This document shows, in pieces, positions 8,966 to 16,362 of a stretch of 32,000 nt of DNA. The DNA comes from Acaryochloris marina S15. Its GTDB lineage: Bacteria; Cyanobacteriota; Cyanobacteriia; Thermosynechococcales; Thermosynechococcaceae. A program made the translations under genes and the position numbers. The notes beneath the pieces were generated by a model. The model ran no database searches and was not told where the DNA came from. It saw only the letters and a list, made by a program, of their open reading frames with translations. The DNA is taken from contig NZ_CP064921.1 of NCBI RefSeq assembly GCF_018336915.1, positions 30,001 to 62,000 of the forward strand, read 5' to 3'. Position 1 is the stretch's first letter; the number at the start of each line of letters is the position of its first letter.

Positions 8966-9727
8966 TTAAGCAGCCTGGAATATTTCTTCGAGTTCACTAA
9001 TTCCTTGCATGAACTTCTTTCTTCGATCAGATAGTGACACGAATTCTGCCATTCGACTGCGAGGCCTCAAAAAGTTACTCACTTCATCCACCGCTTTGCA
9101 GAATCGGTGAGCAGCATTAAATTCACCAAATCCAAGGGTTGGGTGATACCTATGTTTGACGGGTCTGTGACTCTGTTCGACTGGATTCTCAGTGCAAGCT
9201 CTCACTTCATGTTCTACCTCCTCACCCAACTCTTCGGTGATCGCCCGAGGGTATGATGCTAAGCCATCTGTCGCGACTTTATCGGGTGGATCATCATGAA
9301 GCTCAATCGCCTGAGCAAAAAAGGCTTTGGTGCCTGCCATGTCTCGGGTTTCACTCAGGCGCACATCGACCAAATTGCCAGCATTATCAATGCCACGATA
9401 GAGGTAGCACCACTTGCCCTTGATTCGGATAAAAGTTTCATCCACAAGCCATACCTTGCCTACTTTTCCCTTCCGTTTAGTCCGAATCTGTTCCGTAAAG
9501 TGAGGCAAGAATTTCTCCTCCCAATCTCGCACGGTTTCATGGGTAAAAACAAAGCCTCGGATCATGAAGTACTCGGCCACATCTCGATAGCTAAGTTTGT
9601 AGCGTACTCGGAGTAGGAGTACCTGAAATACTATGTCTGTAGGGACCTCAATAAAGTTGAAGGGAGTGCCTGTACGTTCGTTGTAAGTCCGTCGGCATTG
9701 TTTGCAGCGGAACATGGGGTCCGACAA
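8966..9727 (-). CDS. IS6-family transposase
   Basis: N-terminal zinc finger CKQCRRTYNERTGTPF, then LSYRDVAEYFMIRGF, then the DDE core WLVDETFIRIKGKWCYLYRGIDNAGNLVDVRLSETRD. I could not locate the element termini. Confidence 0.9.
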   Translation of the reverse strand: MSDPMFRCKQCRRTYNERTGTPFNFIEVPTDIVFQVLLLRVRYKLSYRDVAEYFMIRGFVFTHETVRDWEEKFLPHFTEQIRTKRKGKVGKVWLVDETFIRIKGKWCYLYRGIDNAGNLVDVRLSETRDMAGTKAFFAQAIELHDDPPDKVATDGLASYPRAITEELGEEVEHEVRACTENPVEQSHRPVKHRYHPTLGFGEFNAAHRFCKAVDEVSNFLRPRSRMAEFVSLSDRRKKFMQGISELEEIFQAA

Positions 9728-10106
9728 CGATTCGTGTAAAAACTGATCATAGGGCTGAAAGGTAATAGCAGTAGATATCCTGGCCTATGCTTATACCAAA
9801 CTCAGAATATTGCGAGGTCAAAATAATATAAAAATGAGGTCTGATGAGGGCAAATCTTTCATTTTTGGGTTTTTAGAAAATTTTGGCCTTATCGTCATCC
9901 CTGTTGCTTTTGTAAATGCTCAGAAAGCCCCAAATCACTAGCTGGCCTACCTTTCAGTAAATCTAATATGTGCTTTATATTGATTAGGCTTACCTTGACC
10001 TAAAGTTCCAAAATGCAAATATTAGAGCAATTATGACTTCTCATGTGTGATCCCAAGAAAATTCTCTTTACTACAACGATTGCCTAGTAAAGATTTAAGG
10101 TCTTAT

Positions 10107-10139
10107 GACTACTTTTTACACGAATCGTTGCCATACCCC
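10107..10139. repeat. inverted duplicate of the IS6 transposase 5' leader/start region
   Basis: TTTTTACACGAATCGTTG (10113..10130) is the exact reverse complement of 9725..9742, immediately upstream of the IS6 start codon. Similarity extends imperfectly to about 33 bp (9716..9748 vs 10107..10139) and is then lost. Confidence 0.7.
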
Positions 10140-10931
10140 TAATAGACTTCCTGAAGTCTATTATCTAAGCACTTCTACACGAAAAAGGTGTCACATCCTC
10201 TCGTGTGCAGAACTTAAATATGTTGATGTTCTTGTACAGTGAGAAGTTTCTCAAGACAAGTCATTCCTATCCATGAGAGACAAAGCTAATAACGTAGAAT
10301 AATCCTTAGAACCTTTTACCTAAAGCTTATACAGCGTCTGGCTCTTGACAGTATCACCTGCTGAGCAGATGGTGAGTAGTGTTGATACCTAGCTTTCTGG
10401 GTACTGATGAGGTAGCTTATTTGGTCGAAGAATATCTTTGCTGTCATAGCACTATAGGTCGATTCTGTACTTAAAATATGTGACCCAAGAGATTGTAAAA
10501 ATATACCTTGATAATGTTGCTTACTAAGACGCTATCTATAGCGAAGAAAGTCGGAACTTCTATGAATCACCATTTGAATCCCCTACAGAGAGGTTAGCTG
10601 CATTTTAGATAAAAGATGGGAATCGTATGTCTGAAAATCAATGATTGCAAGGCTTTCAGGTATATTCAGGTTAAAAACCAAAACTTGTAAAACCTTGAAA
10701 TACTTATGTGGGAACGGTTCTGGCGATTCTTGTCTTAGAAGAAACACAACTTTTAGGAGCTGTAAGCCTTGCTGTAAATGTATTTCAGCCTTAGAGTTGT
10801 TTTCTGTCCAAATAGACCCTCAACCCCGATCTCAACGCATTGAGCAGTTCCTCATCCTGAAAAATTTACAGGTGGCCCGAGGTTCATTGCCTTGGTTTAA
10901 AGGGATCAAGAAGGGGGCAGTTCATTCACAT

Positions 10932-12725
10932 TTACGGGGAAACCGAATTTTGAGATGATGTCGCGATTAGTTTTTGAGTGTCGGCAATGAGTCGATCGCC
11001 CCATCCATTTTTACGTTGATAGTCAGCTTGAGCCAATTTAGGGTCGATGCGAAGTGCAGCTTTAGCAAGTTGAGTGGCTTGAGCTTGATTCCCCTGCTTG
11101 GCATAAGCTGTGGCTAATGCAAGCTGTGGTTCTGCCAAAGTGCTGTCGAGACTGATGGCTTGCTTCAATTGGGTGATGGCCGCCTCAATATTATTCTGTT
11201 CATAGTACAGTAGCCCCAGATTGTTGAGGACCGGTATAACCTTGGGATTAACGTTAATGACTTTTCGGTAGTCGGCGATTGCCCGGGGATATTGCTTCAA
11301 CAGATGGTAAGACATCCCTCGATAGACGTAGGCTGACGTGAACTTAGAATCGATGGCAATGGCTTTGTTATAATCTGCGATCGCCGAATCATACTGCGTC
11401 AAAGAATGATTAGCGATTCCCCGATACACGTAAACTTGTGCTAAATCAGCTTCAATCCGACGGACTTTATGGAAATTCTTGAGTTCTTTGTCGAGAGCTT
11501 GTCTACCATCAGGATCATCAATATTGAGCCACTTACGTCCGGCCTCAAGGAGCAACTTAGCTGCATCCGCCGATTTTCCGGTTTGGATAGCTTCTGTAAT
11601 ATTAGGAGCATATTCTGCTACCCGTTCTTGACTGGCTTTAGTGCTTGCTTTCTTGACCTTGTTTCCTTCTTCAAGGGCTTTTTGGTACCGCACGATTGCC
11701 TGATCATAGTCCGCGATTGCTTGAGGAAACTGTTGTGCTGCTAGGTGTGAAGTCCCTCGACTATTGTAGGCATAGGTATAATCAGGGTTGAGTGCAATGG
11801 CTCGATCAAAATCTGAGATCGCCTGGGGATACTGCTTTAGCGCAGCGTAGGCATTCCCCCGATTAAAATAGGCTTCTGCATAATCAGGATTAAGTGCAAT
11901 GGCTTGATCAAAATCCGAGATCGCAGCTTGATAATTACCTTTTTGAATTTTGTCGCCTGCTTGTAAAAACCAATCATCTGCCGTCAATGCCGTACTTGTC
12001 GGCTCCACCTTCTCCCCAGTGAACCCTAACTCAGGACTCACGGTAGCCGCCAATCCCAAGAAGGTATGAATCGGAATCCCCAAATTGAAGCCCGTCTTCA
12101 CGTAGACCGTTTCAGTTTTTTGCTCCTGTTGTTGAGCATCGGCACGGCCATGGATGCCAATGAGCTTCCCCTCACTATTGAGTACTGCGCCGCCACTCAT
12201 TCCTGGCAAGGTATTGTTGCTGTAGACCAACGCATAGCCATCAGCTAACGGGCGTTTTGAATTGGCCGTAATCTCACCTTTAGAAAATGTCCAGATTGAT
12301 TCGGTAATTGCGGCAGTAGGCAGAGGGAAGCCAGACACATAGATCGAAGCCCCGACTTTTGCAGAGTTAGAGTCCCCTAATTTCGCGACGGGATATTTTT
12401 TTGAGCTGGTAAACTCCACGAGGGCTAAATCCACATTCGGCAATTTCTTCACATCGCTGTAGTTCAATGGATGCTGCTGCTGGTCAGCGGTGATGATGCC
12501 ATATTCATCTGGAGTTGCCACCACATGAGCCGCAGTCAACACAGTGTAAATGTTCCCTCGCTGCTTGATAATCACCCCAGACCCTGAATTTTGGCCCTCG
12601 ATCTGAACAGTGACGGCTTCCGCGATCTCGCTCACTTCAGTAGAGTTCAAAGCTTGAGCTGTTTGAAATGGTGCTGCCACAATTGCGGCTACACCTAATG
12701 GAAGCAAATACGAGGGAGTTATCAT
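10932..12725 (-). CDS. secreted trypsin-like (chymotrypsin-fold) serine protease fused to TPR repeats
   Basis: Signal peptide MITPSYLLPLGVAAIVAAPFQTAQA. Triad contexts are TAAHVV (His), NVDLALVEF (Asp) and LPGMSGGAVL (Ser). The C-terminal half has repeated 34-aa TPR units (AISDFDQAIALNPDYAEAYFNRGNAY...) with a Lys/Glu-rich insert of about 75 aa. Confidence 0.85.
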   Translation of the reverse strand: MITPSYLLPLGVAAIVAAPFQTAQALNSTEVSEIAEAVTVQIEGQNSGSGVIIKQRGNIYTVLTAAHVVATPDEYGIITADQQQHPLNYSDVKKLPNVDLALVEFTSSKKYPVAKLGDSNSAKVGASIYVSGFPLPTAAITESIWTFSKGEITANSKRPLADGYALVYSNNTLPGMSGGAVLNSEGKLIGIHGRADAQQQEQKTETVYVKTGFNLGIPIHTFLGLAATVSPELGFTGEKVEPTSTALTADDWFLQAGDKIQKGNYQAAISDFDQAIALNPDYAEAYFNRGNAYAALKQYPQAISDFDRAIALNPDYTYAYNSRGTSHLAAQQFPQAIADYDQAIVRYQKALEEGNKVKKASTKASQERVAEYAPNITEAIQTGKSADAAKLLLEAGRKWLNIDDPDGRQALDKELKNFHKVRRIEADLAQVYVYRGIANHSLTQYDSAIADYNKAIAIDSKFTSAYVYRGMSYHLLKQYPRAIADYRKVINVNPKVIPVLNNLGLLYYEQNNIEAAITQLKQAISLDSTLAEPQLALATAYAKQGNQAQATQLAKAALRIDPKLAQADYQRKNGWGDRLIADTQKLIATSSQNSVSP

Positions 12726-12790
12726 GAGCGTTTATACCTATATTAATTATTAATTGTGATTTAGAGCAAAGAGATAGATCTATTGCAGTA

Positions 12791-13281
12791 GGGGTTGAGC
12801 CGAGGTACGAGTAAAAAGATGCAATATGCTTCCAGAACCTAGATATAGCAGTACTTTCAGCTATTCTCAACAACAGTAGAATAGTGGATACTTATCTACA
12901 TAGATAGCGCTTGGATTCTATGTGTAACATGGCTTTCATCAACTTTTTTAATGAACTGTACTCGTTGTTGATGCGATCCCAAGATAGCTTTTGATTGCCT
13001 CTATTATCGTTAACGTGCTCAGATTGAATCTTATAAGTGGTAGGATGTCACCTACATCAAAATCGCTGAAGTTCCCTCAAAGTAAATCTTTCACTAATTC
13101 CAGTAGTGATCAGGGTGTACGAGTTTTGATGATTTACCTACACGAAATGCTGTATATCTATTTCGTCTGAAAACCCTGTAACTACGTTGCGATTGTCCTG
13201 GTTGAGAATAGATGAACATATTTGAATATATAGGTTCTGGAACCATTTTTCATCTTTTTACTCGTACCTCGGCTCAACCCC
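12791..13281. mobile_element. non-autonomous MITE-like element, 491 bp, long terminal inverted repeats
   Basis: GGGGTTGAGCCGAGGTACGAGTAAAAAGATG (12791..12821) is the perfect reverse complement of 13251..13281 (31 bp). The IR continues imperfectly to about 50 bp and includes TTCCAGAACCT (12830..12840) against 13232..13242. There is no credible ORF inside and no clear target duplication. Confidence 0.8.
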
Positions 13282-13467
13282 TTCAGGGTTAATTTGAAAA
13301 GCCATACATTGTAGATAAAAATCTACGGCATAGAGGGCTAATTTTTTCCGAAATTCTTGCTGAGTATGTTCTGTATCCAATTGCGGATGGATATGTTTTT
13401 GAACGCTTACCCAAGTTTTAGAGGTCAAGGGCACTGGGAAACTAAAGGTGGGAATTGTAGATTTCAT
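13258..13467 (-). pseudogene. DUF1822-family protein, N-terminal about 62 codons only (truncated at the MITE)
   Basis: From ATG 13467, MKSTIPTFSFPVPLTSKTW...QQEFRKKLALYAVDFYLQCMAFQINPE resembles the conserved N-terminus of cyanobacterial DUF1822 proteins (recalled, not searched). Native sequence ends at 13282, and the frame stops 8 codons into the MITE. Only 65 bp lie between the MITE and the protease gene, so the gene body is missing. Confidence 0.6.
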
Positions 13468-13517
13468 AGGATACAGAGGGAATAAATTACAAGTAGGTTG
13501 AGAGAAGATGAGTGACT

Positions 13518-14258
13518 CTAAAGATATCGTCTGAAATAGGGTAATAATTTTCTTAATTTCAGTTGAAAGAAACAGGAAAGATTTCGAATTGTGATCCCTG
13601 TTTGAGTTGATAATTCTGTCCAAGTTTTACCCTGAATATGGTGAGCAATCGCTAGGTATTGAAAGGTGATTTCGGGGTAGTTATTTATAGAATAGGTAGA
13701 GAGTAATTGCTCAGGGTCGTTCTCTAGAAACAACCGCAGATTTTCATAATCTTCAGTCTGTGAAGTTTCAATACCTATATTAGGAGCTATATATTCTAAA
13801 ACTTGTGGGTCATAGTAGAGTGTGAGCTGCAAATTTTGCTCATTGATCACTTCTAGAAATTTAAAGCGAAGTATAGAATTTGCCCAAGCCATCACTGTTC
13901 TATTAGGTCGATACAATTCAAGCTTTTTACAGATATAAATCCAGGTTTTCTGTTTGACTTCGTTGTATAAGTCTTCAAACATAGGAGGTGAATAGTAGTG
14001 AGCATATCTCCTCAAGCGAGAAAATCGCTCTGATTGCTCGATTAGCATGATTAACCGAGTCAGTCTCTCCTGTTTAGCTACTGATTTTGAAGGATGTGTA
14101 CGAGCCTTCAAGACTAGTTCTAGTAACTGCCGTTCTAGGACATCTTCATGACTTCGCCCTGTTAATTGTAAAAGTTGGGCGAAGGCTTGCTGTTGAGGTA
14201 TCGATCCTTGCAAATGGCTGTGAGCTTGCAACAGTAATTCCAGCAGTGCTTGATCCAT
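13518..14258 (-). CDS. sigma-70-like protein (cyanobacterial family usually paired with DUF1822)
   Basis: Region-2-like FEDLYNEVKQKTWIYICKKLELYRPNRTVMAWANSILRFKFLEVINE. Region-4-like HTH YLAIAHHIQGKTWTELSTQTGITIRNLSCFFQLKLRKLLPYFRRYL. Confidence 0.7.
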   Translation of the reverse strand: MDQALLELLLQAHSHLQGSIPQQQAFAQLLQLTGRSHEDVLERQLLELVLKARTHPSKSVAKQERLTRLIMLIEQSERFSRLRRYAHYYSPPMFEDLYNEVKQKTWIYICKKLELYRPNRTVMAWANSILRFKFLEVINEQNLQLTLYYDPQVLEYIAPNIGIETSQTEDYENLRLFLENDPEQLLSTYSINNYPEITFQYLAIAHHIQGKTWTELSTQTGITIRNLSCFFQLKLRKLLPYFRRYL

Positions 14259-14365
14259 TGGGATAGTGGTTTTCAGATTTTAATTAGAGGCTTGAGCACG
14301 ATACTTATGCAATGGGGCTGAGCTAGATTTCATCTGCATATAGATTCTGTCCAAATGCTGTTCAC

Positions 14366-14907
14366 TTAGGCTGCAACAATTGGTATTAAAGGGATTAGAG
14401 GCATCACCTTCTTTCTTGATTTCTGTCTAGGTTTCATCTTTTTAGAGGGGTACTTTGAACGCTGTTTCTTCACAACTCGTGGATAATATCGGTTGGCTCT
14501 TTCCGGTAACTCTTCATCAAGTAGTTCACTCATCAGCCATGCAACTTCATGTTCAAACTGCTCATTCAACAGTCCCTGAAACTTGCGGACAGCTCTACAA
14601 ATCACTTTGACACTGGCTGTGAATCCTATCTTCAAAGGTGAAATTTCAGCTTCAGCTGCTGCCTGTGACATTAATTGACGCACAACCCAATGCCCGATCA
14701 GTAAACCGTAGACTTCCTGGATCACATCTCGGGGATTTTCAGAACGCACTTCGACTTTTCGTTCTACCAGATGAGTTTTGAATTCATCGATGTTCACCTC
14801 TTCTTCCCAACGCTGATGAACATCCCTAGCTAACAAGGTTGCAGGAAATGACACATCATCAAATAGGTCAGTGATCAGCCGATAATTTTTGGGCTTCTTC
14901 GTCGAAA
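14366..14907 (-). pseudogene. IS4-family (DDE_Tnp_1) transposase, C-terminal fragment
   Basis: The frame stays open upstream of the ORF-track start to 14907 (FSTKKPKNYRLITDLFDDVSFPATLLARDVHQRWEEEVNIDEFKTHL...). The N-terminal two-thirds of the transposase is absent, and homology ends at the 138-bp IR element. Confidence 0.8.
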
Positions 14908-15045
14908 ATGTCAGTACTGAGTATCCAAGATGTTAATTGAGAATTTTAGGAAAATTAAGTTCTTGAAATAGTCAATTTCTCAGAAAAATCTTATTCAATA
15001 GTCAATAATACTAAGAATATCGATCTTAGATACTCAGTCCTGACA
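14908..15045. repeat. 138-bp element bounded by 23-bp inverted repeats (mini-MITE or internally deleted IS)
   Basis: TGTCAGTACTGAGTATCCAAGAT (14908..14930) matches the reverse complement of 15023..15045 (TGTCAGGACTGAGTATCTAAGAT) at 21/23. The AT-rich interior has no ORF. Confidence 0.7.
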
Positions 15046-15064
15046 CGTTTCATCATCTAATTGA

Positions 15065-16360
15065 TCATGAGATGCCCCCTTGAGGATATGACTCTGATTC
15101 AATTTCAGACAACAGAGATTCAGAGGGAGATTCGAGGGAAGTCATTGTTGCCAGCATCTGTTGTATGTCCATGCCAGTAGATTGCTGAAATTGTTCTAGA
15201 AAAGCGGCCAGTTTAGTAGCAGTGGCACCTCTCTGGGCATCAATCACAGTAATATTCTGGACATTAACCTCTGGCACACTCTCCGCCATCAGCTTAGTCA
15301 AAATATGGAGCTGCTGAAACATGAAAATGTCTTGTGCCGCCGCTCCTGCTGCTTGCCAAGATTGCCCTAATTGGCGAGTGCCAATCGCTTGGGCTTTGCC
15401 TTCTTCAATAATCTGAGCTGCTTTACCTTTAGCAGTTGCGATCGCAACCTCACAATCCGCCTCTGCTGGCGCAATTACATCGGCCTGGAGCTGCTGTTTT
15501 ACTTGGTGAATTCGCTCCGTTTCTACCGCTGCCTCTGCTTCGACGCGGGCCACCTGGATGCCTACCACAGACTCAACCTCCTCAATCGCTGCCACCCGCT
15601 TGCTTAAAGCATCACGCACTCGCTTTTGGGCATCAGCTTTAGCAATTTCTTCATCTCGTTGCAGCTGCCGTAAGGCAGTACGGCGCAGATTTGCAGAATC
15701 AAGAACTTGAGACTCTGCCGTGGCCTTTGCTTCGGCAATCCGCGCATCTCGAATCAGTTCTGCCTGTTGCTGGCGGCCTAAAGAATCTAGATAGCTGACC
15801 TCATCGGCAATGGTTTGGATCTGTAAACTATCGAGTAATAATCCCAACTTTTCTAGATCCGCTTCAGCTTCTTCTAATAGGCTCTTTGCAAAGGCAATCT
15901 GGTCAGAGTTTGCCTGCTCAGGGGTTAGGCTCGCTACGACTCCACGTAAATTCCCTTCCAGGGTTTCTTTGGCAAGCTGCTCAATCTCTTGGCGTTTTTT
16001 GCCCAAAAGGCGCTCAATAGCGTTATGAATGGTGGGTTCTGTTCCAGCAATTTTAATATTGGCGACTCCAGTCACAGTCAATGGAATGCCGCCCTTAGAA
16101 TAAGCCCCGGTCACCTGGAGGTCGATGATCATATTAGTTAGGTCCATGCGGAAACTCTGCTCTAACAGAGGCATCTGCAAACTGCTGCCCCCTTTCACTA
16201 AGCGATAGCCCTTTCTTTGACCATTGGCGAGCTGAGTATGAGGCCCCGCAAAGATTAACACTTCGCTGGGTTGACAAATGCAGTAGAAATTCTTGGTGAC
16301 ACTCCAGCCTGCAGCCAAGCTAAGGCTGCTCAGACCAAGCAAGAAGGTGATCAGTTCCAT
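15065..16360 (-). CDS. flotillin-like SPFH (band 7) domain protein, paralogue 2
   Basis: N-terminal membrane hairpin, SPFH core (YSKGGIPLTVTGVANIKI...NAIERLLGKKRQEIEQLAKETLEGNLRGVVASLTPEQ), and a long Ala/Glu/Gln-rich coiled-coil tail. The start ATG lies 2 nt after the upstream gene's TAA. Confidence 0.9.
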   Translation of the reverse strand: MELITFLLGLSSLSLAAGWSVTKNFYCICQPSEVLIFAGPHTQLANGQRKGYRLVKGGSSLQMPLLEQSFRMDLTNMIIDLQVTGAYSKGGIPLTVTGVANIKIAGTEPTIHNAIERLLGKKRQEIEQLAKETLEGNLRGVVASLTPEQANSDQIAFAKSLLEEAEADLEKLGLLLDSLQIQTIADEVSYLDSLGRQQQAELIRDARIAEAKATAESQVLDSANLRRTALRQLQRDEEIAKADAQKRVRDALSKRVAAIEEVESVVGIQVARVEAEAAVETERIHQVKQQLQADVIAPAEADCEVAIATAKGKAAQIIEEGKAQAIGTRQLGQSWQAAGAAAQDIFMFQQLHILTKLMAESVPEVNVQNITVIDAQRGATATKLAAFLEQFQQSTGMDIQQMLATMTSLESPSESLLSEIESESYPQGGIS

Positions 16361-16362
16361 AA

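Noticed and set aside
8891-10189. Candidate IS6 terminal inverted repeats (8897..8916 vs 10166..10185) and an 11-mer CCAAATCACTA-like direct match (8912..8945 vs 9929..9942)
   Set aside because: The matches are only about 15/20 with a gap, or need an interrupted 11-mer. A 7-mer seed is expected by chance in the space searched, so the IS6 ends remain undefined.
10641-10958. 105-codon ORF as a real gene
   Set aside because: The sequence is Cys/Arg/Lys-rich with no recognisable family. It sits in an AT-rich region and its end overlaps the convergent protease gene. I kept it only as part of the ORF-poor region finding.
11469-12248. ORFs 11469..11744(+) and 12066..12248(+)
   Set aside because: They are antisense to the protease-TPR gene.
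12637-12873. 78-codon minus-strand ORF spanning the protease start and the MITE left end
   Set aside because: It crosses the MITE terminal repeat and overlaps the protease signal-peptide codons in another frame, so it is an artefact of juxtaposition.
10047-13146. Recurring 10-11-mers in the intergenic DNA: GATCCCAAGA-like (10047, 10480, 12973), CTACACGAAA (10174, 13137) and CTACTATGCAA (22238, 23915)
   Set aside because: Roughly a hundred 11-mer coincidences are expected by chance in 32 kb, and none of these extends into a longer alignment.
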